A stretch of DNA of 64,000 nucleotides, from contig MCFE01000198.1 of the NCBI GenBank assembly GCA_002104905.1, positions 62,001-126,000 on the forward strand. The letters run 5' to 3'. The stretch comes from Basidiobolus meristosporus CBS 931.73 (taxonomy: Eukaryota; Fungi; Basidiobolomycota). Position numbers and translations under genes: made by a program. The first letter of the stretch is position 1. Each line of letters opens with the position of its first letter. The notes below the pieces were generated by a model, which ran no database searches, was not told the DNA's origin, and was given only the letters and a program-made list of their open reading frames with translations. Below, piece by piece: positions 35,406-48,216 of this stretch.

Positions 35406-38400
35406 TCCTATGAGAAATAACTTGGTACTGCTGGTGGATCCAATCCAGATCTGCAGTCTGGATCCCATTTAGAGACTGTCATAATACCAGCAGCTTGTAA
35501 TTAGTGACCCTCTCAATGATCTTATTACAGGATTGCAATGGCATTTTGCTAATTTTACTACCAAATAAAGGGATAAAACTTGACAACATTTGATAGGTGC
35601 GGTGACAATAATTGCATTGTATTGTTGCAGTCTTATTGCACTCTGCAACTATTTTAAATGGATACAACTGGCCGCAACATTCAATTGCCTTATATGGCAA
35701 GAAGCTTGACAATATTTTGACAGCCTCACAGCAAGACTCTGATGGCATTATATTGGCAGTATGATGGCCTACAGCTGGATCTTTGTAATGCTACTGCACC
35801 AATTTACCAAATGGCATCCTTCTTCTACCTCCACTTGCAAAATTCATATCTTCCACTGTAGAATCACCCTTCTTTGTTTGCTTACCCACTACCACCCTGG
35901 GCATTCCACATATAGTTTAATCAGAAAAACCTATGGCCTCCTGCTTACTAGCCTCTAAAGACATGCACATCTGCCACAATTGACATACTTCTATCACCTC
36001 AATTTTACAGCTTTTTAGTGAGATGCTTGCAAAGCTGCCATTTTTCTTGTATTGATGGTTACATAAACATCTTGCCAACATATGCTTGGTTGCTGCTACT
36101 TCTGCCATGAATACCTCCTGAATATCTGCAAGGACTATTTGGTATTTAGCCAAAATATTCCTTCCCTTGCTGGATTCTAGTCCCCCTTATAGGTGTATTC
36201 TGGCTCTTGTTTGTATAGGTTCCATACTGGATGGTGTAGAAGTTGGCTTGTGACCAAGAGAAGTCAAGCATACCTTGGTAGAGTTATCCCAATAAAAGTT
36301 AGTTGCTTGTTGCACCCAACCCAACTTTGCATAACTTAACTAATTACTCACATATTGGGGCTTCTTAGCTTCTTAATGCCATAGGCATAGGTGTCTCCAT
36401 GTGCACATTTGTCCTCAGTATGTTCCAACTCCTCATGGCTGTCCTCCATGTGCCAACATATCACATCCATGATGGACTTGAAGATAATATTCTTGATGAG
36501 AATGGGATATGAGAGTACCTGCAACTTGACTTGTTTTCCCAACTCCCCACACATCCACTCCATAGGAAGTTCCCAAAAGGCAAAGCAAGGTCCAATAGTC
36601 TCAACACACCAAGCAAGATGGAGTAGCATACAGATACAGTAGCAGCAGAGATCTACATGTACAGCTTTATGTTTGTAGTATAGTCTCTCAAATCCTGTCA
36701 CAAACTCTTTGCACAAAAGCTGTAGATGCATCAAGTTTGCATTTGTGATTTGCTTCTGGATAAATATTTCTACAATGTCCACACATGACTCCCAATGCTT
36801 CCAATGTACAACTTGAATAAATATATATCCAGTTCATCCAGTCCTAGCGCTTGTATTGTTGCATATGTGTATAAAAGCTAATTGGAGCCTGTGGGAATTA
36901 CTTAGAGTAGCAGATACTCTGTAATATCTTGCTACTTTTTTCAAATTTCTCTGGTATCTCAAAGGGCTCATTTAGCTTGAAATGCCCCATGTACAACTGG
37001 GTCATCAGTATAGGAATATTGCTGATAAGCAAATGCATTGCTCCCAGTGGAAAGCTTTTGCGCCAACAGATACCCCCTATCTTAAGTATCCCTGGTTTCC
37101 ATTTGATTCCATATTCTGGCCAATGGCTTATAGCTTGCCAACTTTGCTGCAATTGCATGCTGACTTCTGTACATTCCCTCTGTGGAAAGATGATGTTCTC
37201 AGTGCTGGTGTTTGGATAATAATAATGTGTGTGAGCAATCAAGTAAATCCCCTAGATCTTTCACATTTGGCAGCAATACCATCCTTTGTGCCTGGAAAAA
37301 CCTGCTATCTTGCTGATGGCTGGGGTATCTCCAATGCAGATAATAATATGCACTTTTGCATAATGGTCATTTACTGTTATCCCAATGGAAAGCATATAAT
37401 ATTCATCCAGCAATGGATACAGGTAGTTATCCAGGCTGGATGGTGATTTATGCCCAGATACCAGTGAGACTACCATCAGATTATTGCTCTGATACCATAA
37501 GATGGGCAGCAGATTCAGAATAATGAGAATCAGTGGCCAGCAGGACTTGCTGGTAGAGTACTTGATTAATGAAAATCCATCAAGTGCAAAGGTAAAGGCA
37601 TGGTCATACATATCTTCATTGTAGCCCTTGCTTCTTAGCTGTTTGTAATGTTGCCCTTTGAATATATTGAATATGTTTGCGCTTGATTGATACTAAGTGC
37701 AGTAATGTATAGCTTTGCAATATTAGTTAGACTGCATCAGCTTCCTCAGACAGGGTATTACTGGACTGTATCCAGAGTGTGAACAATGTCTTCCCTCAAT
37801 GGTAGTGGATATCTGACAATTTGCACATGTTGCAATGGTAGCATTCTTGGATGTCAATGCCATGCAGCTATTAATACATGCTGGAATCAGGACAGACTCT
37901 GGATCATATGCTGCCAGCTACATGATGGTTGTCCACTTGTACCATGTACATGGAAAGTTGCATGCTGGAATGATTTTGGCAAGAAGTAGTAATAAATCCA
38001 CAAAGCCCCCATTACTGATATTAGTGGAAACATGCCACTTCTTTAGCCACAACATTACATCATTCACTAGTAGATGGATTACTGGGCTCACTTGGCGCCA
38101 TAAAGTATCCTTGGCATTTGTTTCAATGGGTGTTGTCTCTTTGCACATTGGGATTTGACTGGGCTCATACATGGTACTGTTGTTAGAGGAGATAGGTGCA
38201 CAATCCATCTGTGAACCTTCTTTGTCAGAGCTATGACTCTGCATGCCATACTTGGAAGGCTGAGGTGAGCCTAAAGGCATCACAAACTCACCTGACTCAG
38301 TTTGCACAAGGTGACAAAGATGGCCAGGTGCCAATATAGAAGTATCAACTGGCTGGCAAGAGAATGTTGGTACTGTAGTGACCAATCAATGGTCAAATAT

Positions 38401-41400
38401 GACTTGTGTGGCAAAATGCTGGCTGTGATCCTTGTAATACTTCCTATGCTGTCTGCATGCTTTGTGGCTGAGAGGCTTGCCACAATAGCCACATGGCCTT
38501 TTTTCTCTTCTCTAATGGCATTGAGTCAAAGTAGTTTTGTCCATGGAGCAAATGGTTTGACCTTCAACAATGTGATGCTATTATATCACTTTTTGGTCAA
38601 TACTCATGTTAATTTAAGACAGTCTTGTATTTGAGATATTAGACTTGTTCCATTGGATTATGGCACATAGAGCCGTGAGTGCCAAATGATGCCATAGTAT
38701 GCCAGGGAGGCCAGGTAAGCCTATACTTGGCCACAGAGTGTAGGCATAGCTCTTCACCTTCATGGAAAGCAGCCCCTTTGTTTCACCCAGCATGTTGGAG
38801 AAAATCCATTTTTTGACCTTTTTTTGGGATCAATGTTGTGCAGGATGTGTAAGAGCACAGAAGGACTGAAGAAATGCATCTGGTACTCAATACATATGGC
38901 ACTCTGAATCTAGCTCCTGTGGGTTGTATCATGTTACAAAAATGCATTGCACTATCTTGGTCCACTGGTACTATCTGGTGCTATAAGTACTTTGTATAGA
39001 TCTTACTTAGTGCTAATATTTAAATATAGTGCCAGATAGTACCAGTGGACCAAGATAGTGCCATGCATTTTTGTGAAATGATACAACCTACAGGAGCTAG
39101 ATTCAGAGTGCCATGGGTGTTGGGTACCAGGTGCATGTCTTCAATCCTTTTGTGTGCTCACTCACCATGCACAACACTGATCCAAAAAAAAGGTTTAAAA
39201 AGAATTTTGTCCAGTACAATGAGTGAAACACAGGGCTGCTTTGCATGACAATGCAGAGCTATGTTTCAGACTCTGTGACCAAGCATAGGCTCACTTGGCC
39301 TCCCTGGCATAATATGGCATCATTTGGCACTCATGTCTCAATGTGGCACTATCCAAAGGAACAAGTCTATTGCACCTACATGAATGTTAGATTCAATGAT
39401 GACCTGCCATAATAAGCATTACAAATAAAGTTGTGGCACCATACACACAAGCATATGTAACACTATTTCCCCTTTGGTTTTACTCACTTCCATGTCTATG
39501 CTGCCAAAAAATAAAGCAACGCCATCTGGTTCCCAACCAAACCCCACTGCTGAAAGCAGCAGAAGAATGGTTGGACAACAGCTTGCTTTACATTCAGTGC
39601 AGAAGCAGGGCTACATCCCAAAAAGGCCATGTTCAAAGTGCGCCTACTGAACATAATAATGCGGACTCCTCAGGCTCTCAGTCAAGTAGGCAATTGAGAA
39701 TCTCTACAGTGCCACAAGCTGACTGTTATGCTCAGGCAGATGAAAATGTAGCAAATGCAGTACCCTTGGTTAATAACCAACAAGTAGTCATCATAACATC
39801 ACCACCACCCATATTATCAAGTTTATTGTCAGCTCATACTAAAGCATTAATGAAGCAATTAGGTGCAGTGGCTGATAGGATAGTTGCAATGGCCCAGAGA
39901 AATCAGAAAATAGTTCAGATACAGGATGAGCAGATAATATGTGTAGAGCAATCAATATCCCAGGTGGAGAAACCAGTATCTTTGCTGCAAAGCAGGAACT
40001 CAAGTAGCTCAATGCCACAGCCAGGAGTTGAGCCATTTCCCAATGTAACAGCAGAGGAACACCATACAGTTTTTGAAGCATAACAACAGTGACCAAAGAT
40101 AAAGCCCACAGAAAGCCTATCACAGTATGGGAGGGAGACAATGTGGTGTTTATACCAAAGCCTAAAAATTAACAGACATTGAAGATCTGTGAAGCTGTTG
40201 AGTGCAATAATGAAGAGTGGGCTAATATACAAGAGGCTGTCAGAAGTCTAGCATGCCATCACCTTAAGGCTGGCATACCATGGGACCATCAGGAACTCAA
40301 GGCCAAGCAGAATACACTTGACTTGTTCCATGAGCATTATGCTGGATTCAAACAGGCAAATGGATTTTTAGCCAGCATTGGTATGCTAAGAAAGTATCTT
40401 AAGAATAGCAGAGACTATCAAAGACAGAAGAACAAGGGTGCCATGGCTAAAAACCAGCAGCTTCCTCAAGAGCCTGTTACAAGCAGGGCCAAAGCTCCAG
40501 ACAAGCATCAAAGAGACATCAGGTAGCTGGAAGAGTGCCAATTAGGGACAAGCAGGCAGATACAGATGCACCAGCACACCATTTATTAAGGATAAAGTGT
40601 AGTACCACTCAAGAAGCACCCAGTCAAAGTAGCAGTGAAGGACCTGGCAGTGATAAAAACTAGCCACTTTTACAGGAGCCTGTTGCAACTATGGTTAAGA
40701 GCTCAAAACTAGCGGAAAAGAAATGTCAGGTTGCCAGAAGAGTGCCAGCAAGGGGCAAGCAGGCCAAAGCAGATGCATCAGAGCAGAATTTATCAAGGAG
40801 AAAGCACAGTTCATTACAAAAAGCACTCAGATAAAGTAGCAGTGAAAGACCTGGCGGTGATAAAGGAAAAGGTAAACGGAAAAATGTCTACTCAAGCCTG
40901 AGACAGGGAAGCATGCAAAAGAAACTGCAGTTCTTGCTAATTAATGCCGCAAGCCTGGAACAGATTGAATCCCACCATAGCTAAGAAGAATTACCAACAA
41001 GAAAACAGCTGTTTTCACAAGAGTTGAAAGCACCACCAGTTGAGCTACAGTCCAGCAAGGTAGAACAGTTTGCAGAAAAAGGCAACTTGCCTGCCATAGC
41101 CTCCACATTCTCCATTGTTGACAGAGTGGAGACCCCACTGACAGACAAGCTTACAATGCCAAGAGCTTGAGAGACTATCACAATGCCTTCAGTGGAATTT
41201 TAGAACATTAATAGGCACACCAAGAGGTTGCAGCACTTCTTCTACAGCAGTGCTCAAGAAAACTCACTTGAAAATTGCAAGGATTTGTTGCAAAGACCGG
41301 CAGATATGGTGCTAGACCTTGCAGTGCTGGCTGAAGACTGGGATGTCTGGGAACCAGTGAATGAACAGTGGTTCCTGTCAAAGTTGTGTAACCGGAGTGT

Positions 41401-41878
41401 TACAGCAGAAATACTAATTGAGTGGTAGATTTTAATGGAGTTACTTGTTGAGTGTGGAGTTAGGTTTAATGTTAGTGTAGGGAATAGGTACATGTATACA
41501 TCAATATAATTGGCAATTGAGATACAACCAAAGTTTCAATGAAAATAAATCAATTTGTATGCATGGAAGGTAAGAGAAATAGCTGAGTCAGGCAGTAAGG
41601 AGTGTGAAAAAGAGGCAATAGCCAATCAATGCACACAATTGTAGGAGGTGATAGAGTGTTTGGGATTGGAAAGTAAGCAAATTGGCAGGGAACCAATCAA
41701 AAGCCACTTAAGCATTATTGTGATGAAAAATTTTGACCAAGTTTTTGTGAAATCTGGGGTGCAATTATTTTTCAATGGTCTCTGGATAGTGTCCTGACAG
41801 GATCAGTACCTCTTAGTCACAGGACTTTAGCTTTGTGATGGCCTTTTGACAGAATCATTACAATAATTTTTCATAGGG
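35406..41878 (-). mobile_element. CMC/En-Spm transposon copy 2, both ends present, decayed
   Basis: Left (T)CCTATGAGAAATAAC, right AATAATTTTTCATAGGG; colinear with copy 1; probable TSD CTAG, left copy disturbed by the solo LTR. Confidence 0.87.
38641..39368. mobile_element. Foldback element FB2, 728 bp
   Basis: AGACTTGTTCC...GGAACAAGTCT ends, TSD ATT, inverted arms (mirror ORFs 38783-38965 minus and 39045-39248 plus); central spacer is the reverse complement of the FB1 spacer. Confidence 0.9.
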
Positions 41879-42375
41879 CTAGGAGAACTCAGTTAATACT
41901 TAGGCATAAAGTTCACCATAGACAAGAGTACCCAGACTGTCACCTTAAGCCAATCCAAGTATATTCAAGATATACTAAAGAGGTACAAAATGGAAGACTG
42001 TAAACCAGCAGCTACCCCAATGGAGACAAAACTTAACTTGGTCAAACCCAACTAAATCAAGAGAGCTTGGTGCCATCTGAAAACCCTGAGTTTCCTTATC
42101 AGTCTATAGTTAGCAGTCTGATGTATATTGTGCTTGGAAAATGTCCAGATATCTCAAATGCAGTGGGAGTTGTCAGCTAGGATAATCAGAACTATGGATT
42201 CAATCATGTTGCAGCAGTTAAGCAGATTATTGAACACCTGAAAGGAACTGCTGATATCTGATTAACATACACCCACAAGGATTAAGATCACATTCTTGTG
42301 GGACATTCTGAAGCTGATTGAGAACAAAAATTTAGATAACAGTAGGTTCACCACAGGATTCAACTTTCTCTATTA

Positions 42376-45300
42376 CCCTATGAAAAGTAATTTGGTCCTG
42401 TGGGTGGATCCAATTCAGATCACCCTTCAAGATCCCATCAGGAGACTGCAATAATACCAGCAGCTTGGAATTAATGACCATCTACATGATCTTGCAATTG
42501 GATCGCAGCAGCATGTTGCTAATCTTCCAGCCAAATAAGGTAGATAAACTATGATGGCGTTTGTATGGTATCTTGTCAAGGGTGGCATGGCATTGTTATG
42601 GTCTTAGTGTGTCTTACAACTCTTTGAGTGGATCTAACTGGCCAGTACATCCAATTGACTTATGTAGCAAGAAACTTGACAGTGTTTTGAGGGTCTCTTT
42701 GCAAGCCTTTGATGGCATTATCATGGCAGTATGCTGGCCTACAGCTAGTTCTGTATAATGCTATAGTACCAATATACTGAATGGTATTCTCCTTCTACTT
42801 CCACTTGCGTAATTCATATATTTCACTGTAGAATCACCCCTCTTCATTTGCTTACCCACTACTACCTTGGATATTCCACATATAGTCTGAATCAAAAATA
42901 CTATGGCCTCCTGCTTACTAGCTTCTACAAATGTGCACACCTACTGCAATTGACATATTTCTATCACCTCACCTTTACAGCTTTTGAGTGTGATACTTGC
43001 AAAGTTATCATATATCTTGTATTTCTGGTTACATGTACATCTTGCAAACATATGCTTGGTTGCTGCCACTTCTGCCATGAATACCTCTTAAATATCTGCA
43101 AAGAACTATTTGGTATTTAGCCAAAATAATTCTTCCCTTGCTGGATTCTAGTCCTCCTTATAGGTGCATACTAGCTCTTGTTTGTGTGAGTTCCATACTG
43201 AATGGTGTGGAAGTTAGCTTGTGAGCAAGAGAAATCCAGCATTCCTTTGTAGAGTTTTCCTAATAAAAGTAAGTTTTTTGTTGCACCCAACCTACCTTGC
43301 ATTATTTAACTGATTACTTACATATTGGGGCTTCTTAGCTTCTTAATGCCATAGGCATAGGTGCCTCCATGTGCACATTTGCCCTCAGTATTTTCCAGCT
43401 CCTCTGGGCTGTCCTCCATGTGCCAAATCTTCATATCCATGATGGACTTGAAGAGAATATCCTTGATGAGATATGGATATGGTAGTACCTGCAACTTGAC
43501 TTGTTATCCTAACTCCCTCACATCCACACCATAGGAAGCTCCCAAAAGGTGAAACAAGGATGAATACTCCTACAATGTCCACTTATGACTCCCAATGCTT
43601 CCAATGTACTCTTGGTATAAATTGCTTTGGAAGGCCTCTTGAATAAACATATATCCAGTTCATCCAGTCCTTGCACCTGTATTGTTGCATATGTGTATAA
43701 AAGTTAATTGGAGCTTGTGGGAATTACTTGGAGTGGCAGATACTCTGTAGTATCTTGCCAATTGTTTCAAATTCCTCCAGTATCTCAAATTGCTCATTTA
43801 GCTTGAAATGCCCCATGTACAACTTGGCCATCAGTATAGGGATATTGCTGAATAGCAAATGCATTGCTCCCAGTGGAAAGCTTTTGCACCAACAGATACC
43901 CTCTATCTTAAGTATTTCTGGATTTCAATTAATTCCATATTCTGGCCAATGGCTTATAGATTGTCAACTTTACTGCAAATGCATGCTGCCTCCTTTACAA
44001 TCTCCCTGCAGAAAGATGATGTTCTTAGTGTTGGTGTTTGAGTAATATTAATGTCTGTGAGTTATGGAGTAAGTCCCCTGGATCTTACACATTTGACAGC
44101 AATACCATCCATTGTGCTCAGAAAAGCTGGCTATCTTACTGATGGCCAGGGTATCTCCAATGCAGATAATAACATGTGCATTTGCATGACAGCCATTCAC
44201 TGTTATCCCACTGGAAAGTATACAAAATGCATCCTGCATTGGATACAGGTAGCTATCCAGGTTGGACAGCAATATAGGCCCAGATCCCAGTGAGACTACC
44301 ATCAGATTTTTGCTCCAATACAGTAAGAAAGGCAACAGATTCATGTTGATAAGAATCAGTGGCCTACAGGATTTGCTGGTAGAGTACTTGTTGGTTGAAA
44401 ATCCATTAAGTACCAAGGCAAGGGCATGGTCAAACATACCTTCAAAGTGGCCTTGCATCTGAGCTGTTTGTAATATTTGTCTTTAAATATATCTGATAGA
44501 TTTGAGCTTGCTTGATACTGAGTGCAATACTTTATAGCTTCACAATGTTTGTCAGACTGCATGAGCATCTTTATATGGGGTATTACTGGGATGTATCCAA
44601 ATTGTGAGCAATTTTTCCCCCACTGGTGGTGGATTCCTGGCAAGTTGAGCACCTTGCAATAGCAGCATTTCCCAATGTGAGTGCCATGCAACTATTAGCA
44701 CATGCTGGTATCAGGATGGTCTCTGGGTCATATATTGCCACCTGCATGATGGTTTTCCATTTATACCATGTACATGGTAGGTTGCATCCTGCAAAGATTG
44801 TGGCAAGAAGTAGTAGTACCTTCTCAAAGCCCCCATTACTGATATTAGTGGAAACAATCCACTTTTCTGGCCACAACCTGACATCATACACAAGTGGATG
44901 TATTACTTGGCTCACTTGATTCCATAACATATCCTTAGGATTTTTTCCACAAGTGTTGTCCCCTGCATAATAAGATTTTGTCAGGCTCATGCAGGGTACT
45001 GTTGTTAAGGAAGGTGGGCTCATAATCCATCAGTGAGCCTGCTTATTCAGAGCTAGCACCCTGCATACCTTATTCAGAAGGCTGGGGTAAGTCTAGAGGT
45101 GTCACAAACTCCCCTGACTCAGTTTGCTCAAGGTGACTGGTACAGCCAGATGCCATTATAGAAGTGTCAAGTGGCTGGCAAGATATTTTTGGTACAGCAG
45201 TGACTGGTGAATGGTCATATACAACTTGTGTGGCAAAACATTGACCATGATCTTTGAATACTTCCTATTCTGTCTGCATGCTTCATGGCTGATAGGCTTG

Positions 45301-45729
45301 CCACAATAGCCACATGGTCTTTTTTCTCTTCTTGTACAGCATTGAATCAAAGTAGTCTTGTCCTTAGGGCAAACAGCTTGAAACTCAACAATGTATTGTT
45401 ATTATATCACTTATTTTCAATACTCATGTGCGTTCAAGAGAGTCTTGTGTTTGAGACATTGCACCTACATGAATGTAAGATTCAATGATGACCCACCATA
45501 GTAAGCATTATAAATAAAGCTGTGGCACCAGATACACACATATATGTATCACCATTTCCTCTTTGGTTTGACTCACTTCCATATATATGCTGCCAAAGAA
45601 TAAAGCCAAGTTGTCTGGTTCCCAACCAAACCCCACCACTGACAGCAGCAGAAGAATAGTTAGACAACAGCTTGCCTTGACATTCAGTGCAACATGCAGG
45701 GATACAGCCAAAAAAGGCCCTATGGAAAG
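42376..45729 (-). mobile_element. CMC/En-Spm transposon copy 3, left end plus transposase, truncated
   Basis: Starts CCCTATGAAAAGTAATTTGG; colinear with copies 1 and 2 up to the start of ORF2, where a Copia LTR interrupts. Confidence 0.85.
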
Positions 45730-46570
45730 TGTTGTAACAGTCTTGGAGTTATTGGAAGTGACTGGGAGAACAAGCAGATTATGTGGTTTTCACTTATTGA
45801 TATACTGAATGTAAAAGTAGTATTTGTACTTTTACATGGTCTTGACATTACAGGCACATAGAATAGGTTAAGGAAGGTCCCAAGAGCAAGTGTGCAAAGC
45901 TTGGGGTTGTTTGGACAACTTTGAGAATTTCATGTTCTGGGTACCTGGTATTTTGGTGAAAATATTCCATATAAATCCCAACAAGGTATTTAGTCAGTAT
46001 TCTCTAGGATTTGAAGGTAATGATCTAAGTGACTAAGCTAGGTGAGTATTTAGGTGGAGTTTCAAACTTTTACAATACTCCCATTCAGCTTAATGTTCAT
46101 ACAGGCTAGTCTTGATTTTGACCTACAATATTCAAACTTGCCTCTATATAATGGTTTAGTAAAAATTTCTGCATCATTTCATCTGAAGGACAGTAGTCCA
46201 AGCTAACTAAGTCATTCTCTGTAGCTTCACATATGAAATGATGTCTAATATATATGTGCTTAGTTCTAGCATGAAAAGTTGGATTTCTACCCAATTGTAA
46301 TCATCCTTGATTATCTGGAAATAAAGTAATAGGCATTTTTTGACATAGGCCTAAATCTGTAAAATGCTTTCTTAGCCACATAGCTTCTTTTGTAGCTTCA
46401 CTGGCTGCTATATACTCTGCCTCTGTGGTGGAAAGTGCTATGGTTGGTTGCTTTCTTGAGTTCCATGAAATTGATCCTTGACAGTAAAGAAATATATATC
46501 CTGTGATGGATCTTCTGTCTTCCAAATTTTGTCCCCAATCAGCATCACTGTATCAAACAAGATCTTGTTC
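45730..46570 (-). mobile_element. Copia family A 3' fragment A3 (RNase H, PPT, LTR 45730-46077)
   Basis: SRKQPTIALSTTEAEY and HARTKHIYIRHHF on the minus strand; LTR aligns to family A. Confidence 0.85.
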
Positions 46571-48216
46571 CATGACTTATCAGGAATCCACCACCATTGG
46601 AGCAAAGCATTGTCACACTTTGGATATATTCCAGTATGCCTCATATCAAGAAGCTCATGCAGTCTGACAAATATTGTGAAGCTATAAAGTACTGCACTCA
46701 GTATCAATCCAGCACAAATATATCAGATAGTTTTGATGACAAACATTACAAACAGCTAAGATACAAGGGCTACTTTGAAGGTATGTATGACAATGCCCTT
46801 GCCTTGGCACTTGATAGATTTTTATTAAACAAGTACTCTATCAGCAAATCATGCTGGCCACTGATTCTCATCAACGTGAATCTGCTGCATTTCTTACTGT
46901 ATTGAAGCAAAAATCTGATGGTAGTCTCACTGGTATCTGGGCCTATATTGCTGTCAAACCTGGATAGCTGCCTGTATCCCATGCAGGATGCATTTTGTAT
47001 ACTTTCCAGTGGGATAACAGTGAATGGCTGTCATGCAAATGCACATGTTATTATCTGCATTGGAGATACCCTGGCCATCACTAAGATAGCCAGCTTTTCT
47101 GAGCACAATGGATGGTATTGCTGTCAAATGTGTAAGATCCAGGGGACTTACTCCATAACTCACAGACATTAATATTACTCAAACACCAACACTAAGAACA
47201 TCATCTTTCTTCAGGAATTTTACCTTCAAGTCCATTGTGGATGTGATGAGTTGGCACATGGAGGACAGCCAGGAACAGTTGGAAATACTGAGGACACATG
47301 TGCACATGGAGACACCTATGCCTATGGCATTAGGAAGCTAAGCAGCCCCAATGTCTGGGTAATCAGTTAAGTAATGCAAAGTTGGGTTGGGTGCAACCAG
47401 CAACTAATTTTTATTAGGAAAACTCTACCAACATATGCCGGATTTCTCATGGTCACAAGCCAACTTCTACACCATTCAGTATGGAACTTACATAAACAAG
47501 AGCCAAAATGCACCTATAAGGGTGACTCAAATCCAGTGGGAGAAGGGATATGATGGCTAAACACCAAAAGGTTCTCTGCGGATATTCATGTGGTATTCAT
47601 GGCAGAAGTAGAGGCAACCAAGCGTGTGTTTGCAAGATGTAAATGTTACCGGCAATACAACGTATAAGGCAGCTTTGCAAGTATCACTCTAAAAAGCTGT
47701 ACAGTTGAGGTGATAGAAGTATGTAAATTGCAGCATGTGTGTGTTTGTGTGTAGAGGTTAGTAAGCAGGAGAACATAGTATTTCCTGATTCAAACTATAT
47801 GTGGATTACACAAGGTATTAGTGTGTAAGTAAATAAAGAGGGGTAATTCTACAGTGAAGTATATGTATTGCACAAGGGGAGGTAGAAAAAGGAGATACCA
47901 TTTGGTAAATTGGTGCAATAGCATTATGCGGAACTGGTTGTAGGCCACCATACTATCATGATAATGCCATGAGAGGCTTGCCATGAAGCTGCCAAAACAC
48001 CATCAAGTTTTTTGCCATTTAAGCAATTGGATGTACTGGCCAGTTAGATCCACCCAAATAGTTGTAGAGTACACTAAGACCGCAACAATGCCATGCCATC
48101 CTGGTCAAAATACTGCATCAATAATGTAATGCTTTTGATTTTATTTGGCTTTAAAACTAGGCAAATGGCTGAAATAAATTGGATCCTCCTGTGGGACCAA
48201 ATTATTTTTCATAGAG
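46571..48216 (+). mobile_element. CMC/En-Spm fragment copy 4, inverted, with an internal deletion
   Basis: Tnp2 motifs on the plus strand (ALALALDRF..SCWPLILIN; GDTLAITKIA), jump at ~47215, ends with the reverse-complemented left TIR (GGACCAAATTATTTTTCATAGAG). Confidence 0.8.

Larger units (their letters stand above)
18855..42375 (+). mobile_element. Ty1/Copia family A element A1, decayed and split by nested insertions (pieces 18855-19321, 25276-28001, 34521-34897, 41879-42375)
   Basis: 5' LTR 18855-19186, PBS GGTTATGAGCCC at 19187. Gag (EKLDGSN; ERGLWDIVMG), protease WYIDSAAS, GAG-pre-integrase WHRRFGH, integrase QQNGVAE, RT (WVFKTK, RLVAKGYSQ, ALYVDDLI). The pieces rejoin across target-site duplications; the 3' end is not found. 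Confidence 0.85.

Noticed and set aside
38783-39248. Mirror ORFs MDQDSAMHFC... on both strands
   Set aside because: Artefact of the foldback palindrome; short, and not preserved in FB1.
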